NCBI GenBank assembly: GCA_964470555.1
Contig: CAYYDG010000005.1
Coordinates: 123,288-187,287, forward strand
Direction of reading: 5' to 3'
From: an uncultured Heliomicrobium sp.
Lineage (GTDB): Bacteria; Acidobacteriota; Blastocatellia; RBC074
Length of the DNA stretch: 64,000 bases
Made by a program: the position numbers and the translations under genes. A model generated the notes under the pieces. That model searched no databases. It worked only from the letters and a program-made list of their open reading frames with translations, and was not told the DNA's origin. Shown piece by piece: positions 42,781 to 53,300 of this stretch (positions are counted from its first letter, which is position 1; each line of letters opens with the position of its first letter).

Positions 42781-45700
42781 TCACTTGATGTTGATCTGCA
42801 CGACGTTGGCGATTTGCCCATCCACGATCAACATCACTTCCACCAAACCGCTTCCCACCAACGCGCGCGGCAATTCGATGTTGATCTGATCCAATCCGGC
42901 AAAGCTGCCTTGATCTCCGGCATAAGACACCGGAGCTTCGACGCCATTGATGATGGCTCGAACGGCATCCAGCGAACTGCGACCGCGAACTCCGGTGGCA
43001 AACAGCGACAGGAAGATTCGGTCGTCAATCGCTCCCAGATCAATCGGCACGGGGACAAACCGGCTGCTGGCCGGATCGAATTGCGCGACAGGCAGCGAAC
43101 TGGATGAACCGTCGGCACGAAACGTCAAGGCGTTGGCCGCTGGCAAACCGCGTCCGCTGGCATCGGCGACAAAAATCCCCGGAGCGACGTTGGCAATTTC
43201 CACCACGCTGCCGGATACGACTCCCGTGCCACTGGTGATCAGAATCGTCGCCTGTCCCGCAGCCGTTCCCGCCGGAACCAGATAGTTGATTTGCGTCGGA
43301 GCCACAAAAAACAGCGGAGCCAGTCGTTCGACGTTGGCGCTGTCACGAACCTTGATCGAAGTTCCCGCCAGCGTTGTCGGCAGCGGTACAGTCGTCGCCA
43401 CTTGCGTGGCGGTCGCCAGATTGACGCCGAACACGGCGACCATTTGTTCTGCCGCAAGTGGCTGCCCCTGATAGCTGGCGGCGGAAACACTGGTCGCCGG
43501 TTGAGCCAGCAACACAGGAGTGGCCACGGCATCCGTCGGCAACGTAGCGCCACTGGTATCCGTCACGCTGCGCGCGACAGGAGCATCGCGGAATGTAAAG
43601 TCCAGCTTCGCTCCGGTGTTGGCGGCGGAGTAATCGAACTCCACGTTGAAAATCCGCCGCGAACCTTCGGCCAGCGTTTGATTGCCGGGCATCGTCAGCG
43701 ACATGCCGATTGCGCCTTGCGCGACCTGGCTGGTGTTCGTGGCCAGCGTTGCGCCGGTGGCGTCGGCTCCCAATGTCACGCGCGGATTGCTCAGCACTGT
43801 GGAGTTGAATCCCAGACTGAGGCTGACGACTTTTTCATTGCCGAACGCTTCCAGGTTGATGCGCATGGTCAGCCGTTTGGCCTGTTCCGGCCCAAAAGCG
43901 AAGTTGTCGCTGGTATCTCCGCCCCAGCCGAGCGTCCTTTTTTTGATTACCAACTTATACTCGCGCATCCCTGTGCATCCCATTGCGTCAACCACCAACA
44001 CCTTGAAGACGAACGTGGCTTTCGCTGCCACAATCACCGGAGACGGGCCAGAAAGCACTCCGGCGGAAGACAACGTCATTCCGATAGGTAACGCTCCGCC
44101 GATGATCGAGTATGTGTAACTGGGCATTCCTCCGCTGGCCGTCAAACTGACCGGGCCGTATAGCTCGCCCTCTTTTCCCTCTGGCAGATCAATCGGGCCA
44201 AGCGTGATCTTCGGGCATTCGCAGCATTTGGCTCTGGCTACAGTGATTTCCACCAGCAAGGCGCTCACTTGCCCAGGAGCAACCTCCGTGACAAACGTCA
44301 GCTTGTTCGGTCCTGCCTGGAACCCACTGGTGATCGTGAATGTGGTGAACCCCGTTGGGCCGCTGCTGGTGGCAATCGGCGTCGTGCTGCTGTTCAGGAA
44401 CAACTGCCCGCTGGCGTTGGCCGCAAACTGGCCGCTGATGAGAACACTGCTCAGGTCGCAACCATTCAGATCGAAAGTGGTTGTGTACCGAAGTCCGCCG
44501 GGAATGCCCGGTTTGCCGATCCATCCGGCGGCAGGGCTGGTGACCCAACCACCTGGCGGTTCAATAACGATCAGCGGAACTGTCATGCCACTTGGCGTCG
44601 TGGCGGAGTAATGGCCTTCGGGCGAACCCGGATTCAATTCGACCTTGTTGCCATCCACGCCCGTATTGAACAGCTTCAGCGGCATGACCGGACAATCTTT
44701 GATAACGATGGAGTAATTCTTTGTGCCCATGCACATGCAATCATCCGTCGCCGTCACGGTGAAGTTGAACGTTCCCGCTGCTGACGGAGTGCCTTGCAAC
44801 ATCCCGCCCGCAAAGTTCAGTCCCGGCGGCAAAGTTCCCACGACGGAATACGTCACCGGCGGGCACATGCTGTCGGTCGTGAAAGTTTGTTTGGGATACA
44901 CCGAGCCAACAAACCCAGCGGGCAGGTTGTTCGGCGTGATCGTAAGATTGCAAATGACCTCTATCGTGTAATTCTTCGTGCTCGGACATCCGCAATTATC
45001 CGTCGCCGTCACCGTGAAGGAATACACTCCCTTCAGTGTCGGCGTGCCTTGCAACATCCCGTCCATAAAGCTCAATCCCGGCGGCAGAGTTCCTCCAGTG
45101 ACGGAATACGTCACAGTCGGGCAAGGACTGTTGGATGTGAGCGTTTGTTTGGGATACGGCTTGCCCGCCGTTCCCGCGGGCAGCGCAGCCGGCTGAATCG
45201 TATAGGGAGTGCATTTGACCTCGATGGGCTGCGTGAACACTGCCGTGCAACCATTGGCGTCTTTGACAGTAATTTGAACAGGAAATGTGTTTTGCTGAGT
45301 CGGTATGCCCGTCAGTTTGCCATCCATCGAAAGCGACAACCCCGGCGGCAATCCCGTAGCCGAATACATATACGGCCCCGTTCCGCCCGAAGCCATAAAC
45401 ATCGTTGTGGGGAAAGGCTGCCCGGTCATCCCCGTCGGAATCGTGGTGGGGGTGGAAGCCAGGCTGAGCGTAACGCCAGCGCAAGGCGATTTGCATTTGC
45501 CAGCCGAACCCGCCAGATAGATGGTACGAAGCTGTTCCACGGTCAACGCTTCGCGCCAGAATTCCACTTCATCAATCACACCATTGAAGAATTGAGTCAG
45601 CGGCGGGGTCGCTGCTCCTCCCGTCAACCGGCCAATTTGGATTGGAAAATTTGTGTTTTGTATGGGCGGCAAGTCACGTGCAACGCATTTGTCTACCTGA

Positions 45701-48240
45701 CCATTGATAATCAAACAAATTTGATTCGCGTTTACCGTTGCCGCCACATGGGTTGGAACGTTCAACGGCAATTCAGCCATGGACTCGACTTCCTGAAATG
45801 TGGCGCCGTCTGAAATATCCAGAAACAACCTTCTAGGTTGATTAGCCATGTTGGGATCACCAGAAACAGCCAACCCGAACGAACCGGTTACAGATTGGCC
45901 TAGGCCATTGCCTTTCCAGACCAACGGCATGTTGGTGGTGTTGAACTGGTTGATTGTAATCCAGGCGTCCAGCGTAAATTGATTGACGTTGAAATCGTTA
46001 TGGTGCGGCGCTTCCAGCCAGTGATTTGCCGTTGTCAAAATGCCTGGGCCAACTATGCCTGCTGGAAAAGTTCCGCCAGTTCCTTTTGGCAAAGCGTGAT
46101 GAGCGCCTCGGATGTCGTTGCCGTTTCCATCCATCGGCCACCACGAAATCAAAGCGTCGTTACGCGGCGGAGCGACGCAATCGCAATTGGGCGGCGTACA
46201 GATGACTTTCAGCATGTATTCGTGCGTCGCCATGCAGCCGCATTTGTCCATCCCTTTGACGGTGAAGGTGAAAGTGCCCGTTTGAATTGGCGCACCGGCT
46301 AGCGCGCCCTCCGGAGTCAGCCACATTCCCGGAGGCAATTGGCCTGCGCTGATGGTGAAGGTGTTCATGCCGCAACCGCCAATCGTAGAAAACGGCGGCA
46401 GCCCGGTCGGGGCATACGGCACCCCCTTTGTTCCGTCGGGCAACTGCGAGTTCTTGGGCACGATGCCTGTGATTCCGCAATTGATCGTCAGCGAATAACC
46501 ACGAATTCCCGTGCAGCCGAATTTGTCCGTCACCGTCACGGTGAAAGAAAACCCGCCCGTTTGTAGCGGCGTGCCTTGCAACTTGCCGTCAGAGGTCAGT
46601 TGCATTCCGCTGGGCAACAATCCGGCGGTCACGGCGTAGCTGTACGGCGCGGTTCCGCCTGTTGAAGTCAATTGTTCCACCGGCGAATAACTCTGCCCGG
46701 CGATGCCGTCGTGCAATGTGGTTGGCGAAATGACTATGTTGGGACAGGCGATTTGCCAGGTGATGGCGACGGTTCCCATGCAGCCGTTTTTGTCTGTGGC
46801 TTTGACCGTGAAATTGAAATTGCCCGCTGCTTCAGGAATGCCGGTCAGCTTGCCGTCGGGTTGCAGCGTCACGCCTGTGGGCAAAGTTCCGCCCGACAAA
46901 CTGTACGTGAACGGAGCCGCTCCGCCTGTGGGTGAAAATTGCTGCATGAACGTTTGCCCGACGACGCCGTTCGCCAGCGTTGTCGGCGTCAGCGTGATGA
47001 ATGGGTCTTTCTGCGTATAAATTTCGGCGGAAGCCAAATGAACGTTGTTGGCGGCTGTGCCACCGGCAACCAGCACACGGCCACAGCTCAGCAGCGCGGC
47101 GATGGGATAGCGACCACGCGCGCTGTTCATAGGTCCGGCGTCAGACCAGGTATCGGTTGCGGGGTCGTAAAGTTCTGCGGAATTGGTGGGAGTTCCAGCC
47201 AGATTTTGCCCACCGGCAATCAGGACTTTGCCCGAAGGCAACAGCGTCGCCGTATGAAGCTGGCGCGTAACGGTCATTGGAGTTTTGACTGACCACGTAT
47301 TGCTGGTTGGATTGTAAAGCTCTACGGAATTGAGCGCCGTGGCCGTATTGACGCCGCCCACAACCAGCACTTCGCCGGAAGGCAACAGCGTCGCCGTATG
47401 CGAGTAACGTGCCGCTGCCATTGACGCGGCGTTTGTCCAACTGCTGCCGCCCGGAGTGTAAAGCTCTGCGGAATTGTACGGAGTCAACGGATCGCGTTGC
47501 GCGCCACCGACCACCAACACCCGCCCATCATTCAGCACCGTCGCCGTATGACTAAACCGCGCCACATTCATGGATGGCCCGGCTGACCACGTTTTGGTCG
47601 CCGGGTTGTACAGTTCGGTGGTTTTGTACGTTCCATTCGGCCCGGTGGAAGAGTTGTTGTCATACCCGCCCACCATCAACACGTGCCCGGCCAAAGAACC
47701 GGTCGTCAGCAACGCCAATGCCGGTTGATACCGTTTCAACGAAGGCGCGTTGTTGGTCGCGCTCCATCCTGACGGGGTTTCGGTATACAAAAAACTGCTG
47801 GGAGGAAAATTGCTGCTGTTATCGTCATTGCCAACCACCAACACTTCGCCGGTGGTGAGCAATTGCGACGACAGTCTGTGCCCGATGGGAAGTGGCGTAA
47901 TCGCTTGCCAGGTATTGCCAGCAGGATCGTAAATGGCTGCATCGGTGATGAAAGTTTGCGTGGCTGTGGAACCGCCCACGACCAGCACTCTGCCCGAAGG
48001 CAACAAGCTGGCGGCGGCAACGCCGCGCGCCGTCGGCATGGATGCCGCATTCACCCAATCTCCGGGCAAAGCCGTTGCCGCTGACAGATTGACTGAATCC
48101 AGGTTCACAGCCTTGCGCGCCAACACCTTGTTCAACAGCGCGCCATTGGCGGTGAACAGTGCAACAAGACCAAGTGAGAATACTGCGGCGAACAACGACA
48201 CTTTCCACCGCAGGGCGAGTTTTGACATTCGAATGAACAT
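42781..48240 (-). CDS. Large secreted protein: Kelch propeller, putative-Ig repeats, LamG, cohesin-like and TIGR03437-type C-terminal domains
   Basis: GGAGG RBS and signal peptide; RYSHTATLLPSGEVLVVGG repeats; GGxxPYTY..G.LPPGL repeats; FTLDAWI...FNGVIDEV; SAASY...GLDQINIELP. Confidence 0.88.
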   Translation of the reverse strand: MFIRMSKLALRWKVSLFAAVFSLGLVALFTANGALLNKVLARKAVNLDSVNLSAATALPGDWVNAASMPTARGVAAASLLPSGRVLVVGGSTATQTFITDAAIYDPAGNTWQAITPLPIGHRLSSQLLTTGEVLVVGNDDNSSNFPPSSFLYTETPSGWSATNNAPSLKRYQPALALLTTGSLAGHVLMVGGYDNNSSTGPNGTYKTTELYNPATKTWSAGPSMNVARFSHTATVLNDGRVLVVGGAQRDPLTPYNSAELYTPGGSSWTNAASMAAARYSHTATLLPSGEVLVVGGVNTATALNSVELYNPTSNTWSVKTPMTVTRQLHTATLLPSGKVLIAGGQNLAGTPTNSAELYDPATDTWSDAGPMNSARGRYPIAALLSCGRVLVAGGTAANNVHLASAEIYTQKDPFITLTPTTLANGVVGQTFMQQFSPTGGAAPFTYSLSGGTLPTGVTLQPDGKLTGIPEAAGNFNFTVKATDKNGCMGTVAITWQIACPNIVISPTTLHDGIAGQSYSPVEQLTSTGGTAPYSYAVTAGLLPSGMQLTSDGKLQGTPLQTGGFSFTVTVTDKFGCTGIRGYSLTINCGITGIVPKNSQLPDGTKGVPYAPTGLPPFSTIGGCGMNTFTISAGQLPPGMWLTPEGALAGAPIQTGTFTFTVKGMDKCGCMATHEYMLKVICTPPNCDCVAPPRNDALISWWPMDGNGNDIRGAHHALPKGTGGTFPAGIVGPGILTTANHWLEAPHHNDFNVNQFTLDAWITINQFNTTNMPLVWKGNGLGQSVTGSFGLAVSGDPNMANQPRRLFLDISDGATFQEVESMAELPLNVPTHVAATVNANQICLIINGQVDKCVARDLPPIQNTNFPIQIGRLTGGAATPPLTQFFNGVIDEVEFWREALTVEQLRTIYLAGSAGKCKSPCAGVTLSLASTPTTIPTGMTGQPFPTTMFMASGGTGPYMYSATGLPPGLSLSMDGKLTGIPTQQNTFPVQITVKDANGCTAVFTQPIEVKCTPYTIQPAALPAGTAGKPYPKQTLTSNSPCPTVTYSVTGGTLPPGLSFMDGMLQGTPTLKGVYSFTVTATDNCGCPSTKNYTIEVICNLTITPNNLPAGFVGSVYPKQTFTTDSMCPPVTYSVVGTLPPGLNFAGGMLQGTPSAAGTFNFTVTATDDCMCMGTKNYSIVIKDCPVMPLKLFNTGVDGNKVELNPGSPEGHYSATTPSGMTVPLIVIEPPGGWVTSPAAGWIGKPGIPGGLRYTTTFDLNGCDLSSVLISGQFAANASGQLFLNSSTTPIATSSGPTGFTTFTITSGFQAGPNKLTFVTEVAPGQVSALLVEITVARAKCCECPKITLGPIDLPEGKEGELYGPVSLTASGGMPSYTYSIIGGALPIGMTLSSAGVLSGPSPVIVAAKATFVFKVLVVDAMGCTGMREYKLVIKKRTLGWGGDTSDNFAFGPEQAKRLTMRINLEAFGNEKVVSLSLGFNSTVLSNPRVTLGADATGATLATNTSQVAQGAIGMSLTMPGNQTLAEGSRRIFNVEFDYSAANTGAKLDFTFRDAPVARSVTDTSGATLPTDAVATPVLLAQPATSVSAASYQGQPLAAEQMVAVFGVNLATATQVATTVPLPTTLAGTSIKVRDSANVERLAPLFFVAPTQINYLVPAGTAAGQATILITSGTGVVSGSVVEIANVAPGIFVADASGRGLPAANALTFRADGSSSSLPVAQFDPASSRFVPVPIDLGAIDDRIFLSLFATGVRGRSSLDAVRAIINGVEAPVSYAGDQGSFAGLDQINIELPRALVGSGLVEVMLIVDGQIANVVQINIK

Positions 48241-48323
48241 AATTCCTCCAGTTACAGGGTTTTGTAGAGGTCGGTTTTCTGAGGAGAGGCCGCTTGGAAA
48301 GCTTTCCTTTCCGCGAAGCGGAT

Positions 48324-48471
48324 AAAGTCAGTAGCGTTGGGTGAAACCCAACGAACGAGTGGCGATAGCCATTGCCCCTGAAAGGGTCACACACGACCAA
48401 TGACCGTGACCCTTTCAGGGTCAGTCGGTCTGCCACCTTCCCGTTGGGCGTTGCCCAACGCTACTGACTTT
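48324..48471. repeat. Nested palindromic REP/MITE-like element
   Basis: 18-bp IR 48324-48341/48454-48471 enclosing a 15-bp IR ccctgaaagggtcac 48376-48390/48406-48420. Confidence 0.8.
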
Positions 48472-48670
48472 GTCGCCTTCAGCGACAGGAACAAACTTTC
48501 CAAACAACCTCTGAAGCTTTCCGCGCTGAGGGCGCGAAGGGAATTCGCCTGCGGTGAAAACCGCAATGTTGGTGTGAAGAGAGGTCACGCTCTGGCTGGA
48601 GCGCCGGACAGTTTTTTCGTCCGGCATTCCCGCCAAGACAGCAACTCTTTGACCAACGTTCGTCAGCTTA

Positions 48671-49351
48671 TTACCAGGTAAAGACCGAGGAGGCTGTGTT
48701 GTTAAAGTAAAATGGGAATACTCCCAAATCTTTTACCTCTTTAGCAGGGTAGCCAAAGGCTCCAACTTTTCTACCACCAAAATGTGTATGCTCACACAAA
48801 ATTGCGCCACCAAAATAAACTCTGATGGAGGAACACTTGTCGTTAAAGTTGAACCAAGACAGCTTGTTGTAGCTCCACCCTTTGGGCAAATAAATCCAGC
48901 TTCCCATAAAACCAGTGCCATCATATAAAAACGCTGAATGAACATTTGGCCCTTTTTGAGGGTTATAGTTCGTGACAAATTCCGTCAACGCGTCTGGGTC
49001 TTGGCGTGGGATACGAGCTTGACTGAGAAGGGCTTCAAAATCAGCCTTATACTTTTTGATCGCGTTGGCTTGATATTCACTCAACGTCTTTTCGGCTTCT
49101 TCCGTCAATCGTTTCGGAGTGCGATCCAAAATGGCTTTTCCCTTTGAATACTCGTGTGTAGTGACTGGCTTGCTTGCAAGCCAGTCTTCAAATTGGGCTT
49201 CCGTACTGAATCCGAAAACCGCATCATCAAGCCCGTCATACCCGCTGGCAACGATGATTTGAGCGCCTCTTGCGTCGGTTGCGTTCCACACACGTTCGCT
49301 TTTTTTCTTACCGTCCAGAAAAAAGTTAGGTGATGTTGGCTGTGCTGGCAT
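48671..49351 (-). CDS. Hypothetical protein with C-terminal beta/gamma-crystallin-like domain
   Basis: AGGAGG RBS; AFLYDGTGFMG...FNDKCSSIRV and LCEHTHFGG...FNNTASSV Greek-key motifs. Confidence 0.75.
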   Translation of the reverse strand: MPAQPTSPNFFLDGKKKSERVWNATDARGAQIIVASGYDGLDDAVFGFSTEAQFEDWLASKPVTTHEYSKGKAILDRTPKRLTEEAEKTLSEYQANAIKKYKADFEALLSQARIPRQDPDALTEFVTNYNPQKGPNVHSAFLYDGTGFMGSWIYLPKGWSYNKLSWFNFNDKCSSIRVYFGGAILCEHTHFGGRKVGAFGYPAKEVKDLGVFPFYFNNTASSVFTW

Positions 49352-49622
49352 ATAGACCTCCTTTGGTCAGATACATCTTGGTTAATAAACTCGTCAGGCT
49401 CGCGAAACGCTGACAGGAATTTGTTTTCGCTACTGCTTGGCTTGCCAGGCGGCTGAATAGTTTCGCCTGCACTCGCTATAGCGAAAAAAGCAGAGGGCGG
49501 CGTCTCACCTCGACAGTATTTTTTTCGTGGCCTGGCATCTCTACGGTTAGGGAACGCGGCAAGACTGCTGGTAAACTCCGCGCGCCAATATCCATCGGCT
49601 TAAATTTCAGGGGGAACACACA

Positions 49623-50192
49623 ATGCCTGAAGCCTCCACACCATCCGTCACTCAATTGTTGCAAGCCTGGCGGGCGGGCGACAAAACGGCGCTCGATGAA
49701 TTGTTGCCGCTGGTGCAGGTCGAATTGCACGGCCTGGCCAAACGCATCATGAGCCGCGAACGGCAAGGCCACACCTGGCAAACGACCGAACTGGTCAACG
49801 AAGCCTATCTGAAACTGGTCAATCAACAGCAAGTCGAATGGCAGGATCGCGCGCATTTTTTCGCCGTCGCTTCGCAAGTCATGCGGCATTTGTTGGTAGA
49901 TCACGCGCGAGAACGGCAACAGGTCAAACACGGCGGCGGAGCGCAGCGGTTGTCGCTGGACGATGTGGCCTTGGTTGCGCCGGATCGTTCCGCCGAATTG
50001 CTGGCGCTGGATGACGCGCTCAGTCGCTTGGCCGATTTCGACAAACAAAAAAGCCGCATCGTCGAGCTACGCTATTTCGGCGGCTTGACGGTGGAAGAAG
50101 TCGCCGAAGTGCTGGGCATTGCCGCCATCACGGTCAAACGCGAATGGGCCAGAGCCAAGCTTTGGCTGTACAAAGAATTATTGACTTCATAA
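49623..50192 (+). CDS. ECF sigma factor, TIGR02999 (kinase-associated) type
   Basis: VTQLLQAWRAGD, HTWQTTELVNEAYLKL, DRAHFFAVAS, VELRYFGGLT, TVKREW. Confidence 0.92.
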   Translation: MPEASTPSVTQLLQAWRAGDKTALDELLPLVQVELHGLAKRIMSRERQGHTWQTTELVNEAYLKLVNQQQVEWQDRAHFFAVASQVMRHLLVDHARERQQVKHGGGAQRLSLDDVALVAPDRSAELLALDDALSRLADFDKQKSRIVELRYFGGLTVEEVAEVLGIAAITVKREWARAKLWLYKELLTS

Positions 50193-50206
50193 GCCAAGTT
50201 TTTTTT

Positions 50207-50299
50207 GACAGGATTTACAGAATTCAACAGGATGGAATTTGTGCGAACGGAGTCCAACCAAGCTAAAAATAAATCCTGAAAAATCCTGTAAATCCTGTC
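50207..50299. repeat. Inverted short-unit repeat (ACAGGATTT/AAATCCTG)
   Basis: gacaggatttacag (50207-50220) / ctgtaaatcctgtc (50286-50299) with extra aaatcctg units. Confidence 0.7.
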
Positions 50300-50356
50300 T
50301 ATTTTTCTTCTTCGTGTGACTTCGTGGACGAAGATTTCATCACAGGAGGCCAAGCC

Positions 50357-53300
50357 ATGACTCCAACTCGCTGGCAACAAATTGACCAATTGCTGGAATC
50401 CGCACTGGAGCTTCCTGCCGATGAACGTTCGGCGTTTCTGGAAAGCGCCTGCAACGGCGACGCGACCTTGCGCCGCGAAGTCGAACAATTGCTGGCTGCG
50501 GATGAAAGCGTGGAAGATTTTCTGGAAGCCTCGCCCGCCGAAGCGATGGCGGAAGTGTTGGATGCCAAGCTGGCAAGCTCTTTGGTCGGCAGTCGCGTCG
50601 GGCCGTATCAAATTCTGCGCGAACTGGGGCGCGGAGGCATGGGCATTGTTTGCCTGGCCGAACGCACAGACCAGCAGTATCGCCAGCAAGTCGCCATCAA
50701 ACTGCTCTGGCCGGGCGTCAACCAGGCAGAAATCATTCGCCGGTTTCGCCGCGAGCGACAAATCCTGGCCAACCTGCACCATCCCAACATCGCGCAACTT
50801 TACGACGGAGGAACCACCGAAGATGGGCGGCCTTATTTCGTGATGGAGCACGTCACCGGCCAGCCGATCACCGATTATTGCCGCGCACGCCAACTGACCA
50901 TCGCCGAACGGCTGACGCTGTTTCAGCAATTCTGTTCGGCGGTGCAATACGCTCACCAAAATCTGGTCATCCACCGCGACCTCAAACCCGGCAACATTCT
51001 TGTGACGGAAGACGGCACGGTGAAGCTCCTCGATTTCGGCATCGCCAAACTGCTCGACGCGAAGCGGCATGGGCTGACGGCGCAACCGACAACCAATGCG
51101 TTGATGATGACACCGGAATACGCCAGCCCCGAACAAATGCGCGGCCAGCCAGTCACGACGGCCAGCGATGTTTACAGTCTGGGCGTGGTGCTGTACGAAT
51201 TGCTGACCGGCCAATCGCCTTACGAATTCAACGACCGCAACTTGCCCGAACTCATCCGCGTGGTGTGCGAACAGGAACCGATTCCACCCAGCCGCCGCAC
51301 GAAACAAGGGATTTCAGATTTGCGCGGCGACGTGGACGGCATTCTGTTGACGGCGCTGCAAAAAGAACCGGCGCTTCGGTATCAAAGCGTCCAGCAATTC
51401 CACGACGACATTCGCCGCCATCTGGAAGGCCAGCCGATTCAGGCGCAAGCCGTCTCGCTGCGGTATCGCGCCGGAAAGTTCGTGCGCCGCAACAAACTGC
51501 TGGTCGCGGCGACGGCGGCAGTTGTGTTGGCGTTACTGGCCGGAACCATCGTCGCCACCTGGCAAGCGCGGCGAGCGACGGAACAGGCACGATTGAATCG
51601 CCGGTTGCTGTACGCCGCGCAAATGAATCTGGCCGGACAAGCCTGGGACGCCGCCAACATCTCGCGCGCCGAACAACTGGTGGAAGCCAATCTGCCGCAA
51701 CCCGGCGAAGAAGATTTGCGCGGATTTGAATGGCATTACCTGCAGCGGTTGGTTCGCCAGAATCTGCGACTGAGTTTGCCGCATCCGCACGAAGTCCGCG
51801 CGGTCGCCTTTTCGCCGGATGGATCAATGCTGGCAACCGGCGGCGGGGACAAAGTGGCTCGGTTGTGGGATGCAGCAACCGGGCGATTGCTGAGAGAGTT
51901 GAAGTTGCATTCTCAGAAAATCAATACCGTCGCGTTTTCGTATGACGGGAAAACATTGGCAACCGGCGCAGACGACCGCTTGATCGTTTTGTGGGAAGTT
52001 GCCAGCGGCAAGTCTTTGATGAAGATGATTGGGTCAGACGATGCCGTGTTGAAGCTGACGTTTTCGCCCGACGGTCAATGGCTGGCGTCTTCGACTCACT
52101 CAGGCGTTGCGGACGTGTTCAAGCTGGAGCCAGAGCCGGTTTTTGTCCCGCTTAACGGTCACCAAACAACAATCTCCGGTTTGGCGTTTTCTCCTGATGG
52201 GCGTTGGCTGGCGTCGGGCAGCGACGACAGCTTGGTGAAAGTTTGGAACGTGCCAGTCAATTACCTTCCTGGCATTACCAAACGCTGCTACAGAAGCTGG
52301 TGGCCAATGGCTCCTGGAGACGGAATATGGAGAATGCAACTCGATATAGACAATTGCTACAACGTGCAGGCCATACCTGCGCCTAGTAGGGAACTTACAG
52401 TTTTGAAAAGTCATCGTGACCGAATTCTGACTGTCGCCTTTGGGCCAGACGGGAAATTGCTGGCAAGCGCTGGTGCGGATCAAGCAATCAAATTGTGGGA
52501 CACAGCCACTTGGCGCGAAGTGGCTTCGCTGACCGGGCACAGCCAGATGATTCGCGCGGTGGCGTTTTCGCCCGACGGCCAGACCCTGGCGTCGGGCAGC
52601 GAAGACCGCTTCGTCAAATTGTGGGATGTGGCGGCTCGGCGGGAACTCGGCACAATTCGCGGGCACGGCGGCAAAGTGTATTCGCTGGCGTTTTCGCCCG
52701 ACGGACAAACGCTGGCAACGGCCAGTGACGATCACACTGTCAAGCTGTGGGATATGACAGCTAACTCCCAAGCCTTCACCGAACTGATCGGCCACACCGA
52801 CGAAGTGGACATGGCAGCGTTTTCGCCTGACGGCAAAATCATAGCGACGGCTGGTGACGACAAAACGATTAAATTGTGGGACGCCGCCAGCGGGCAAGCC
52901 TTGAAAACGCTGACCGGGCATGACTTCTGGGTTCAATCGGCCACGTTTTCACCAGACGGAAAGCGACTGGCTTCAGCCGATAGACACGGCAACATCATCT
53001 TTTGGGATACGGCTTCAGGAAACCAGCTACTCAACCTTCAGGCGTTTCAGAAAGACGTATTTTCTATCGCCTTTTCTCCAAACGGCCAGCATTTGGTTGT
53101 CGCTGGTCTTGATGACTTAAAGAAGACGGATGAACCGCTTTTTGGAATCAGAATTCTGAATTCAACTAACGGACAACTGCGCGCTTCGATCATTGGGCAT
53201 AAAGACCGATTGCGTTCCGTCGCGTATTCACCGGACGGAAAGCTGCTGGCGACCGGTGGCGGCGATCAACTCATCAAAATTTGGAATGCGGAAACCGGCC

